From Armatimonadota bacterium (GTDB lineage Bacteria > Armatimonadota > SYMT01), in contig JBKBRF010000001.1 in the NCBI GenBank assembly GCA_046292385.1, positions 191,305-255,304 of the forward strand: 64,000 nt of DNA, read 5' to 3'. This document shows, one piece after another, positions 40,258 through 49,550 of the stretch. The translations under genes and the position numbers were made by a program. Numbering within the stretch: position 1 is the first letter of the stretch; each line of letters opens with the position of its first letter. The notes under the pieces were generated by a model. That model was not told where the DNA came from. It worked only from the letters and a program-made list of their open reading frames with translations, and made no database searches.

Positions 40258-42033
40258 ATGACCCAGATGATGCGACGCGATGTCGGCGAAGTGCTGCTGC
40301 AGGGGCGAGTGATTACCCCGGAGCAGCTCGCGCAGGCCCGGGAGATTTCCGAGAAGAAGGGGATCGCCCTGCCCGACGTGCTGCTCCAGCAAGGCATCGA
40401 GCCGTTCAAGCTCCTTCAGGCGAACGCGTTCCTTCACAACATGAAGGCGGTCGACCTGAAGCAGCACGCGCCGGAAGTGAGCGCCATCAACGTGGTCCCG
40501 CCGCACGTCGCGCGCCGCGCCCGGATGATTCCGGTTCGGAAGGTGAGCCAGAACGGCCAGGACGTGCTGGTCTGCGCCATCGCCGATCCGAACGACGTGA
40601 TGGCGCTGGACAACGTGCGGGATGCCTGCCGGCTGCGGGTACAGGCGGTACTGGCGCCGCCGGAGCAGATCGAAGAGCTGCTCGACCGGCACTATCCGGA
40701 GGGCGGCGGCGCGCCGGCCGCGGAAGCATCCAACGGCGGCGCCGGCGGCTCCACCAGCATCGCGGCCTCGGGCGCGAGCATCCTCGGCATGGTGAGCGAG
40801 TACACCCCGACCGGGGGCACGGATGACGACGCCGGCGGAAGCGACGATTCCGACGTGGTGCAGGGGCCGATCATCCGGATTGCCCACGCCATCATCCAGG
40901 AAGCGGTCAAGTCGGGCGCCTCGGACATCCATATCGAGCCGGCCGGCCGCAACCTCCGGGTCCGGTACCGCATCGACGGCGTGCTGCACGAGATCATGCA
41001 GATGCCGAAGTACATCCACCCGCCGCTCACCTCCCGCTTCAAGATCATGGCGGAGCTGAACATCGCGGAGCGCCGGATTCCCCAGGACGGTCGTATCGGC
41101 ATCAACTTCCAGAACAAGGACTACGACCTGCGCGTGAGCGTGCTTCCCACCCAGTACGGTGAGAAGATCGTCATGCGAATTCTGGACAAGTCGAGCGTGA
41201 TGCTCGGCCTGAACAAGCTCGGCTTCTTCCCGGATACCCTGGCCCAAATGGAGCGGCTGATCACCCAGCCGAACGGGATGTTCCTCTCCACCGGACCGAC
41301 CGGGGCGGGCAAGACGACCACCCAGTACTCCGTGCTGCACCGGATCAACTCGGTAGAGAAGAACATCAGCACGGTGGAAGACCCGGTCGAATACCAGCTT
41401 CCCGGCGTCAGCCAGGTGCAGGTCCACCGCAAGGCGGGTCTCACCTTCGCCACCGCGCTGCGCTCCCTGATGCGCCAGGACCCGGACATCATCATGGTGG
41501 GTGAAATCCGAGACCTGGAAACGGCGGAAATGGCGATCCAGGCGTCGCTGACGGGCCACCTGGTGCTCTCCACGCTGCACACCAACGACGCGCCCTCCGC
41601 CGTAACCCGACTGGTCGACATGGGCGTGGAGCCGTTCCTCGTCTCCGCCACCCTGATCGGCGCCAACGCCCAGCGCCTCGGCCGCCGCATCTGCGACCAG
41701 TGCAAGGACGACTACGAGATCGACGCGACCGAGCTGCTGCAGCTGGGCTACGAGCCGCAGCACGAGGGCGAGAAGGTGGTGCTCAAGCGCGGCCGCGGCT
41801 GCGACACCTGCAAGCACACCGGCTACAAGGGTCGTATCGGCATCTACGAGTTGATGGTGGTGAACGAAGAGATCTCCGACCTGATGGTCCGCCGCGCGCC
41901 GGTGACCGAGATCCGCAACGCCGCCCGCGCCAACGGGATGAAGACGCTGAAGGAAGACGGCTTGCGCAAGGTCCTCGCCGGCATCACCACGCCGGAAGAG
42001 GTGGCCCGCGTCGTCTTCACCGCCGGTCACTAA
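40258..42033 (+). CDS. pilB: Type IV pilus assembly ATPase (PilB/GspE)
   Basis: ASDIHIEP, PQDGR, GPTGAGKTT, EDPVE, RQDPD, GEIRD, TLHTND, two CxxC. Confidence 0.93.
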   Translation: MTQMMRRDVGEVLLQGRVITPEQLAQAREISEKKGIALPDVLLQQGIEPFKLLQANAFLHNMKAVDLKQHAPEVSAINVVPPHVARRARMIPVRKVSQNGQDVLVCAIADPNDVMALDNVRDACRLRVQAVLAPPEQIEELLDRHYPEGGGAPAAEASNGGAGGSTSIAASGASILGMVSEYTPTGGTDDDAGGSDDSDVVQGPIIRIAHAIIQEAVKSGASDIHIEPAGRNLRVRYRIDGVLHEIMQMPKYIHPPLTSRFKIMAELNIAERRIPQDGRIGINFQNKDYDLRVSVLPTQYGEKIVMRILDKSSVMLGLNKLGFFPDTLAQMERLITQPNGMFLSTGPTGAGKTTTQYSVLHRINSVEKNISTVEDPVEYQLPGVSQVQVHRKAGLTFATALRSLMRQDPDIIMVGEIRDLETAEMAIQASLTGHLVLSTLHTNDAPSAVTRLVDMGVEPFLVSATLIGANAQRLGRRICDQCKDDYEIDATELLQLGYEPQHEGEKVVLKRGRGCDTCKHTGYKGRIGIYELMVVNEEISDLMVRRAPVTEIRNAARANGMKTLKEDGLRKVLAGITTPEEVARVVFTAGH

Positions 42034-42155
42034 CCGGCGGGAGCCGGGCCGGAGGCGGAGCCCGCCTCCGGCATTCGCGCGCTTGTCGCCTGGTCCTACT
42101 TTTCACGGCGCCGCGTGTGCTCGGCTGCCGAGCCCTTGCCGAAGGGAGCATCGAT

Positions 42156-43388
42156 TTGTCCGAAGTAACTCAAAACGCCACGTCCGCGACCTACACGGCA
42201 CCGACGCCCCCGCGTCCCAATAAGCCGAAGCCGCTGGACGAAGCCCATATCGACGACCTGCTCCGCCTGGTGGTGGAGTGGAAGGGATCCGACCTGCACC
42301 TCACGGTCGGCGTGCCGCCGATCATCCGCGCGGACGGAAAGCTGCAGCCGGCGCCGTACGAGCGGGTAACGCCGCAGGACACGCAGCGGATGTGCTACGA
42401 CATCCTCTCGGACGAGCAGATCCAGCGGTTCGAGAGCACCCTGGAGCTCGACTTCTCCTACCAGGTGCCCCGGGTCGCGCGCTTCCGCGTGAACCTCTAC
42501 AAAGAGCGCGGTAACCTGGCGGCGGCGCTCCGGGTGATCCCGCAGCAGATCCCCACCATGGAAGAGCTGGGGCTCCCGGCGGTGCTCAAGGAGCTCTGCC
42601 ACAAGCCCCGCGGCCTGGTGCTGGTGACCGGCCCGACCGGCTCCGGAAAGTCGACCACCCTCGCCGCGATGATCAACCAGATCAACTCGGAGCGCGCGGA
42701 GCACATCCTCACGATCGAAGACCCGATCGAGTACATCCACCCGCACAAGTACAGCGTGGTGGGCCAGCGCGAGCTGGGGATGGATACTAAGAGCTTCTCC
42801 GCCGCGCTGAAGTCGGCGCTCCGCGAAGATCCGGACGTGATCCTCGTGGGTGAAATGCGAGACCTCGAGACGATGCAGCTCGCGGTGACCGCCGCGGAAA
42901 CCGGCCACCTCGTCTTCGCGACCCTGCACACCAACAGCGCCGCGCAGACGGTCGACCGCATCGTCGACGTCTTCCCGCCCGGGCAGCAGGAGCAGATCCG
43001 CATCCAGCTCTCCAACAACCTGGAAGGCGTGGTGACGCAGCAGCTCCTCCGCCGGGCGAACCAGCCGGGGCGCGTCTGCGCGATGGAGATCATGACCGCC
43101 TCCCCCGCGATCCGGAACCTGATCCGCGAAGGGAAGTCGCACCAGATCAACTCGATGATCCAGATCAGCAACGGCATGGGCATGCAGACGATGGACCAGT
43201 GCCTGCGCGATCTCTACGCGAAGGGGGTCATCACTTACGACGACGCGATTACCCGCGCCATGCAGCCGGACGAGCTGAAGAAGATGATCAGCGGCGGCGC
43301 GGCCGGCGGGCCGGGCGGCCCCGGTGGCCCGGGTGCGCCGGGCGGCCCCGGCGGCCGGCCCGGTCAGGGCCAGGGAACCGGCCGGTGA
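42156..43388 (+). CDS. pilT: Type IV pilus retraction ATPase
   Basis: TTG start after GGGAG; SDLHL, RFRVN, GPTGSGKSTT, ALREDPD, AIRNLIRE, GMQT; Gly/Pro tail. Confidence 0.95.
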   Translation: MSEVTQNATSATYTAPTPPRPNKPKPLDEAHIDDLLRLVVEWKGSDLHLTVGVPPIIRADGKLQPAPYERVTPQDTQRMCYDILSDEQIQRFESTLELDFSYQVPRVARFRVNLYKERGNLAAALRVIPQQIPTMEELGLPAVLKELCHKPRGLVLVTGPTGSGKSTTLAAMINQINSERAEHILTIEDPIEYIHPHKYSVVGQRELGMDTKSFSAALKSALREDPDVILVGEMRDLETMQLAVTAAETGHLVFATLHTNSAAQTVDRIVDVFPPGQQEQIRIQLSNNLEGVVTQQLLRRANQPGRVCAMEIMTASPAIRNLIREGKSHQINSMIQISNGMGMQTMDQCLRDLYAKGVITYDDAITRAMQPDELKKMISGGAAGGPGGPGGPGAPGGPGGRPGQGQGTGR

Positions 43389-43496
43389 TCAGGACCGTCT
43401 AAGCCAGGGTAGCAGTTGCACTACCGGGGCGGCGCACTCCGCGCGATGCCGTCCCGTCCACTCTCCCCCGGCGCCGAGAGAGCAGGAAGCAGGGCG

Positions 43497-44774
43497 ATGC
43501 CAACTTTTCAGTACACAGTCCGCGATCAGGCCGGCAAGGTGACCACCGGCGTCAAGGAGGCCGACAGCCAGGCCGTCCTGGCCCGGCAGCTCCGCGAGCA
43601 GGGCTTCACCGTTGCCAAGATCAAGCAGACCAGGGCGGCGGCCAAGGGCGCAGTGGCCGGTCAGCCCGCCAAGGGCACCGGCGGCGGCGTGAAGCTGGCG
43701 GACCTCTCCGTCTTCTGCCGCCAGTTCTCCACGATGGTCGACGCCGGCGTCTCGCTGGTGCGGTGCCTCAACGTGCTGCAGGAGCAGGCGACCAACCCGA
43801 AGCTGAAGCGGATCACCGCCGACATCCAGGCGGAGGTGGAGGCGGGGAACTCGCTCTCCAAGGCGATGTCGAAGTACCCCCGCGTCTTCAACAACCTCTT
43901 CATCGGTCTGGTGCGCGCGGGAGAAGTGGGCGGTGTGCTGGAAGAGAGCCTCCAGCGTCTCGCGCACTTCCTGGAGAAGGACCTCGAGCTTCGCCGCAAG
44001 GTGAAGGCGGCGATGACCTATCCCACCATCGTCGTCTTCGTGGCGCTGGCGATCGTGCTCGGTCTCTGCACCTTCATCGTGCCCAAGTTCTTCGATCTCT
44101 TCAAAGAGCTGGGGCTGAAGGAAGACACGTTCCCGGTGATGACGCTGTGGCTGAAGCAGTTCAGCGACTTCCTCATCATGGGCTTCCCCGGACGCCAGAT
44201 CATCACGCTGCTGGTGGTGACCGGCCTGGTGATCGGGTTCAAGATGTTCATCCGGACCCGGTTCGGAAAGCGGCTCTACGACCGGTTCAAGCTGAAGGCG
44301 CCGGTCTTCGGCAAGCTGAATCACAAGATCGCGCTCGCCCGCTTCTCGCGGACGCTCTCCACGCTGCTCACCTCCGGCGTGCCGATCCTCCAGGCGATGG
44401 AGACGGTGGCCGGCGCGGTCGACAACGAGATCATCTCGGACGCCGTGATGCACGCCCGGGCCCGCATCCGGGAAGGAGACCGCATCGGGCCGCCGCTGCA
44501 AAAGAGCCGCCTCTTCCCGCCGATGGTGGTGCAGATGATCAGCATCGGCGAGGAGTCCGGGGCGCTCGACAACATGCTGACCAAGGTGGCGGAGTTCTAC
44601 GAAGCCGAAGTGGATGCGGCGCTGGACAGCTTGACCGCGGCGATCGAGCCGGTGCTTATCGTGTTCCTCGGCTTCTGCGTCGGCTTCATCGTCATCGCGA
44701 TGTTCCTGCCGATGGTGAACCTGATCCAGGGCCTGTCGGGCGGTGAAGGTGACGGCGACGGTGGTGGTGAGTAA
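43497..44774 (+). CDS. pilC: Type IV pilus platform protein (PilC/GspF)
   Basis: FCRQFSTMVDAG, AGEVGG, AMTYP, RFSRTL..L..SGVP, GEESGAL, IEP. Confidence 0.94.
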   Translation: MPTFQYTVRDQAGKVTTGVKEADSQAVLARQLREQGFTVAKIKQTRAAAKGAVAGQPAKGTGGGVKLADLSVFCRQFSTMVDAGVSLVRCLNVLQEQATNPKLKRITADIQAEVEAGNSLSKAMSKYPRVFNNLFIGLVRAGEVGGVLEESLQRLAHFLEKDLELRRKVKAAMTYPTIVVFVALAIVLGLCTFIVPKFFDLFKELGLKEDTFPVMTLWLKQFSDFLIMGFPGRQIITLLVVTGLVIGFKMFIRTRFGKRLYDRFKLKAPVFGKLNHKIALARFSRTLSTLLTSGVPILQAMETVAGAVDNEIISDAVMHARARIREGDRIGPPLQKSRLFPPMVVQMISIGEESGALDNMLTKVAEFYEAEVDAALDSLTAAIEPVLIVFLGFCVGFIVIAMFLPMVNLIQGLSGGEGDGDGGGE

Positions 44775-44795
44775 CGCTGCGGAAGTCTCGCCTGA

Positions 44796-46145
44796 ATGAC
44801 GTTCGACTTCTGGACCGCTTACTGGACGTTCACGTCCTTCGTCTTCGGGGCAATCGTAGGGAGCTTTCTTAACGTCTGCATCCTGCGGTTGCCCCGCGGC
44901 GAGTCTCCCTGGGGCCCGCCCTCCCACTGTCCCCAGTGCCAGCACCGGCTGCGCGTGCTGCCGGACATGGTGCCGATCCTGAGCCAGCTCTGGTACCGCT
45001 CCCGGTGCCGGTACTGCGGATCGCCCTTCTCCTGGCGCTACCTCTGGATCGAGCTGCTCACCGGCCTCGCCTTCGTCGCCGTCTACTTACGGTACGGCGT
45101 CTTCGGCAACGAGATGCTCTCCGAAGAGGCGCGCGGGTGGTCCGCCGCCGCGACGATGCTCTATGTCGCCGCGCTGATCGCCATCTTCTTCATCGACCTG
45201 GAGCACTACGAGATCCCGGATATCGCCGTGCTGGCGGCGTTCGTCTGCGCCTTCGCGCGCGACGTGATGCTGATCATGGCGAACCAGCGGCCGCTCTGGC
45301 AGACGATCCCCGGCACCGAGTGGAAGATTCCGCTCCCGCTCTCCATCTTCTGGGGACTGGTGGCGTTCTGGATGCTCTGGCAGTTCGCCACGCTCATGAC
45401 CGCCATGCTCGGCCGGGAGGCGATGGGCGCGGGCGATTCGCTGCTCCTCGGCGCCATGGGCGCGTTCCTGATCCCGTGGCCGCTGCTGGTGCTGGCCTTC
45501 CTGGCCGCGGTAGCGCTGGGAACCGTCGGCGGCCTGATCGGCATGGGCTTCGCGGCGCGGGACGAGCAGCGCGCGGAAGCGGCGCCGCCGGCCGCCGACC
45601 CGCTCGCCGCGGCGGAATCTCCTCCGGGCGGTCCGGTCGCGGCCGAGCAGGCGCAAACCAGTGCGACCGAGCCGGAGCACGCCGCCGCCGGCCCGATCAG
45701 CGAGCGAGCGAGCCGCGGCGCGGCAGGAATCCCGTCCGGCGATGCAGAAACGCCAGCGGTGCCGGAGCTGCCGCCCTCCAGCCGGTGGGGCCGGCTCTGG
45801 ACCGTCGCGGGCACCTGGCTGGCGGTCTTCGGACTCTGGGGCGCGGCGGTGCAGGCGCGCCACAGCCTGCCGCTGGGACTGGCCCTCGGGCTCGGGGCCG
45901 TGCTGGCCGCGGCGGCGCTGATCTACTTCGGCGCCCGGCAGTGGGTGGCGGGGGACCGGGAGTGGCTGCCGGCGATGGACGAGTTGTTCGAGGGGGATCC
46001 GGGGCCGCGGTTCATCCCGTTCGGGCCTTACCTGGTGGCCGGTACGTTCCTGGCGATGATGTTCGGGCGGGCGGTGGTGGAATGGTACGCGCAGTCGCAG
46101 CTCGGCATCCCGCCGCAAGAGCTCGCCGGAATGGGCTGGTACTGA
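44796..46145 (+). CDS. pilD: Prepilin peptidase with a large C-terminal insertion
   Basis: GSFLNVCI.RLP, CPQC/CRYC, FIDLEH and MGAGD (catalytic Asp residues), IPFGPYL. Confidence 0.88.
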   Translation: MTFDFWTAYWTFTSFVFGAIVGSFLNVCILRLPRGESPWGPPSHCPQCQHRLRVLPDMVPILSQLWYRSRCRYCGSPFSWRYLWIELLTGLAFVAVYLRYGVFGNEMLSEEARGWSAAATMLYVAALIAIFFIDLEHYEIPDIAVLAAFVCAFARDVMLIMANQRPLWQTIPGTEWKIPLPLSIFWGLVAFWMLWQFATLMTAMLGREAMGAGDSLLLGAMGAFLIPWPLLVLAFLAAVALGTVGGLIGMGFAARDEQRAEAAPPAADPLAAAESPPGGPVAAEQAQTSATEPEHAAAGPISERASRGAAGIPSGDAETPAVPELPPSSRWGRLWTVAGTWLAVFGLWGAAVQARHSLPLGLALGLGAVLAAAALIYFGARQWVAGDREWLPAMDELFEGDPGPRFIPFGPYLVAGTFLAMMFGRAVVEWYAQSQLGIPPQELAGMGWY

Positions 46146-46372
46146 GCGGCGCTGGCACGCGCCCGGCCCCGGTTTACGTATCCGCTATGGTCCTCTGATT
46201 TCCCGGCGTCACTCCGGCCCCGCGGCTCGAGCCGCCCCGGCTCACCCGCGCTGCACGCGCGTATCGCGGTCCGGTGCGATCCGGCGCGCACGCTGGAAAG
46301 CCACGGCCCTGCAGGAACATTGCAGGGACGGTAATCGTCTTGCTACATGACTTTTCCCACGGAGGAACTCCG

Positions 46373-47122
46373 ATGAACGCCCGTGCCTTCGGGAGCCGCC
46401 GCCGCAGCGGTTTCACCCTGATCGAGCTGCTCACGGTCATCGCCATCATCGCTATCCTGGCCGCGCTCCTGTTCCCCGTCTTCGCCGGCATGGGCCGCAA
46501 GATGCGAGAGACGCAGTGTCAGAACAACCTGAAGGCGATCGTGCAGGCGATGAACGTCTATAAGGAAGACCACGGCGTCTATCCGGATGCCCTCTACGGG
46601 GTCGGTTACACCAATGGACTGGAGCTGCGCCTGGCGAAGCAGGTCAAGGATCCGGGCATCTTCACCTGCCCGGAGCATCCGCAGCAGTTCAAGCAGAGTG
46701 ACACGCTGGTGCCGGCGATCAATCCGATGACCGGCCAGCCGGCGACCGATCGCTACAACCGGCCGATGCTCTTCCCGCAGCGGAGCAGCTACGACATCCA
46801 GTACCGCCCGAACCAGGCGAGCGGCACGGCGATCCTGAACTACAACCTGAAGTGGACCGGTTGGGCGCAGAACCAGACCGGCGCGGGCGACCAGCCGCGT
46901 CAGCTCGCCTACAAGAACCCGCCGGACAACACGGTGGTGGCGATCTGTCTCAACCACGCCAAGCCCGGCGCGGCGGTGAACGGCGTTTTCCCGGTCGGCA
47001 AGGGGGAGATGGCGATCGTGGCGTTCCTGAACGGCCGCGTGCAGAAGATCCCGGCGGAGCAGGTCAACAACTGGACCGGCCAGGGCCAGCCGTATCCGTG
47101 GCTGGTGATGCCGAAGCCGTAG
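46373..47122 (+). CDS. Prepilin-type protein (DUF1559-like)
   Basis: RRRSG|FTLIELLTVIAIIAILAALLFPVF, CQNNLK; GGAGGA RBS. Confidence 0.9.
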   Translation: MNARAFGSRRRSGFTLIELLTVIAIIAILAALLFPVFAGMGRKMRETQCQNNLKAIVQAMNVYKEDHGVYPDALYGVGYTNGLELRLAKQVKDPGIFTCPEHPQQFKQSDTLVPAINPMTGQPATDRYNRPMLFPQRSSYDIQYRPNQASGTAILNYNLKWTGWAQNQTGAGDQPRQLAYKNPPDNTVVAICLNHAKPGAAVNGVFPVGKGEMAIVAFLNGRVQKIPAEQVNNWTGQGQPYPWLVMPKP

Positions 47123-47247
47123 GCCGCGTCATTCGGATCCCGGCGCCGGCCGCGCCGCCGGGCGGCGCAGCACCTCACGCTGGAGGGCCTCCCCAGTCCG
47201 GAAGGGCGTGCGTCAGAGAGAGTCCGCGTGTTAAGGACGGGTGTGTG

Positions 47248-49431
47248 ATGGCAGAACTCCGAAAGTCAACCGGTGAGAGGACCCCCTGGACGCTCCGCGG
47301 GGGCCGTCGCGGTACCTCGCTGGTCGAGATCCTGGTGGTGCTGGTGATCCTGATCGTCGGGATCTTCGCCGTCACGCGGCTCTTCCCGGAAGGGATGCTC
47401 AGCCTCGGCTACTCCGGCAACTTAACGCTGGCGAACGCGCTGGTGCAGAAGAACGAAGACTTCCACGCCAGCCACCGCACCAACGTGCCGGAAGGGATGG
47501 TCGGCATCGACCCGGACACCGGGCTGATCCGCACCCAGATCACGCCGGCCGACATCCGCAGCGAGCGGCCCTATCTGGACACGCCGGTGACCAGCGCCAC
47601 CGGTACGCCGCCGAACGACCCGCGCCACTCCGGCGTGAACCAGGTGCGCCGGGTCATCGGCGAGCGGCTGATGCTGCCGCCTCCCTCCCAGTTCCCGGAC
47701 CCGCGCCTGGGGCTCGGCTCGGAGAATGTCTGCCTCTACCGGCCGCTCTACACGCCGATCTACTCCCTGAACGCGATGCCCGGCAGCAGCCTGGGGGTCC
47801 AGGCCTACAGCGGCACGCCGTTCCGGCGGGTGGTGATCGCCAAGGAGCCGCAGACGGTGGAGGAGTGGCAGGCGTTCTACACGCTGCTCGATCCGTACAC
47901 CTACGCCGTCGACTACGACAACGCGAAGCTCTACTTCCTGGCGACCGGCTACGAGCGCCGCTTCAAGATCCGTGGCAACCTCCGCGCGCAGCTCCAGAAC
48001 GGGCGGTACCTGAGCACGGAGATGCACCCGAACAATACGGTGTACCTCCCTGCCGGCCGGGACGCCGACGACCCGACCGATCCGCGGGGGATCATCCAGC
48101 GGTTCGACCTGCGCGTCACGCAGCCGGGGTTCGAGCGCCTGCCGCTGCCGGGCGACCTGGTGGCGGACGACCAGGGCAATCCCGCCACGGTGGCGGAGGA
48201 GGGGATGCTCGATCCGGAGACCGAGTTCCTCTACCGGTACTTCACGCCGCTGCTGACGAACCAGCCGTTCAGCGCCACGATCGACTCCGACCCTTACCAG
48301 TTCAAGGTCTACGACCCGGTCTTCGGCCTCCTCGGCTTCAACCCCCGGGTGGCGTCGGTACCGCGGCACCAGGGCGGCGGCGCCCAGCTGGTAAAGGTCG
48401 ACTACGACGTGGACGACTGGCAGATCCTGCGCGAGGAGCTGGTGGTGCCGACCGAGCTCGTCAACCGCGACGAGCCGAATGCGCAGGCCCAGTTCCACAG
48501 CGTCAAGCTGGCGATCTCCGGGCTCAAGAAGATCGGCGACATGGAAGAGACGATCAACTTCGTCGCCAACAGCGCCTCCGACACCTTCGAGCACCAGGGC
48601 CTGGTCCGACACTACCCGCCGTCGCAGCGCACGGGCGCCCCCGCGCGGCCGGGAACGGGGGCCGGCTCCACCCTGCTGGGCGCGCAGAACCAGTCCGGCG
48701 TCGACCTGGTGCTGGTCGACCTGGAGACGGGGCTGCAGATCGACAGCCGCACGCTGCAGCGGCCCGGCACCAACCCGGACCCGAACGTGAGCAACCTGAA
48801 CGGCGAGATCGACTATGCCAACGGAGTGATCCACCTGCGGCCGACGGTGCAGCTCAGGCTGCCGTTCGCGCTCCAGGGCGGCAACGCCTCGCTGCAGGTG
48901 CCGGCCGGCGGTCGCCGCTTCCGGATCCACTACCGCAGCTCGAGCGACTTCGCCGTTGCGTCGATGAAGCCGTACTCCAACTACGGAACCTTCGGCTTCC
49001 ACCCGAATGACGCGCCGAACCGCCTGCCGACCTTCAAGGAATACCAGCCGTACCCGTACGGCTTCGTGCTCTTCTTCAATACCGACGCCGACAAGACAGT
49101 GGCGGTCGACTACCAGTGGACGCACCGGCTCTCCGGCGAGGTGCGGATGGAGGTGGGAGAGCTGCACCAGATCCAGTCGCCGACGGCCCTTTACCCGCCC
49201 GGCCCGCCGCCGAACAACTGCGGTGGCGGGAGGCCGCAGAGCTACTGGGTGCGGGTGCGGCACTCGGACCCGCAGGCGTGCGAGCCGAGCGATCCAAACT
49301 TCGATCCGGACGTGCTGCCGGGGAGTGTCCGGGTCATCGGCGTGCGCGGAGCCTCGTTCCACACCTGGGTGGAGTGGCGCGATCTGAACCGCTTCCGGCG
49401 GCTGCAGCGCTCCACCATCCTCGGCGGATAG
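47248..49431 (+). CDS. Giant minor pilin-like protein (727 aa)
   Basis: RRG|TSLVEILVVLVILIVGIFAV class III signal. Confidence 0.82.
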   Translation: MAELRKSTGERTPWTLRGGRRGTSLVEILVVLVILIVGIFAVTRLFPEGMLSLGYSGNLTLANALVQKNEDFHASHRTNVPEGMVGIDPDTGLIRTQITPADIRSERPYLDTPVTSATGTPPNDPRHSGVNQVRRVIGERLMLPPPSQFPDPRLGLGSENVCLYRPLYTPIYSLNAMPGSSLGVQAYSGTPFRRVVIAKEPQTVEEWQAFYTLLDPYTYAVDYDNAKLYFLATGYERRFKIRGNLRAQLQNGRYLSTEMHPNNTVYLPAGRDADDPTDPRGIIQRFDLRVTQPGFERLPLPGDLVADDQGNPATVAEEGMLDPETEFLYRYFTPLLTNQPFSATIDSDPYQFKVYDPVFGLLGFNPRVASVPRHQGGGAQLVKVDYDVDDWQILREELVVPTELVNRDEPNAQAQFHSVKLAISGLKKIGDMEETINFVANSASDTFEHQGLVRHYPPSQRTGAPARPGTGAGSTLLGAQNQSGVDLVLVDLETGLQIDSRTLQRPGTNPDPNVSNLNGEIDYANGVIHLRPTVQLRLPFALQGGNASLQVPAGGRRFRIHYRSSSDFAVASMKPYSNYGTFGFHPNDAPNRLPTFKEYQPYPYGFVLFFNTDADKTVAVDYQWTHRLSGEVRMEVGELHQIQSPTALYPPGPPPNNCGGGRPQSYWVRVRHSDPQACEPSDPNFDPDVLPGSVRVIGVRGASFHTWVEWRDLNRFRRLQRSTILGG

Positions 49432-49550
49432 CGGGCGCCGGGAACCGATGCGACGACTTGCAACGTGATTGGGTCTGCGGGATACCCCGCGAGTCCGCGG
49501 CGGCCAGGCATGGCCCGGGCGCCCGGCTCCGGCCCGAGAAGTAGGGGACG

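Noticed and set aside
41700..42155. N-terminal extension of PilT in the ORF track
   Set aside because: It overlaps pilB out of frame; an RBS supports TTG at 42156
43290..43385. GC-rich 9-bp repeats at the pilT end
   Set aside because: Explained by the coding Gly-Gly-Pro tail
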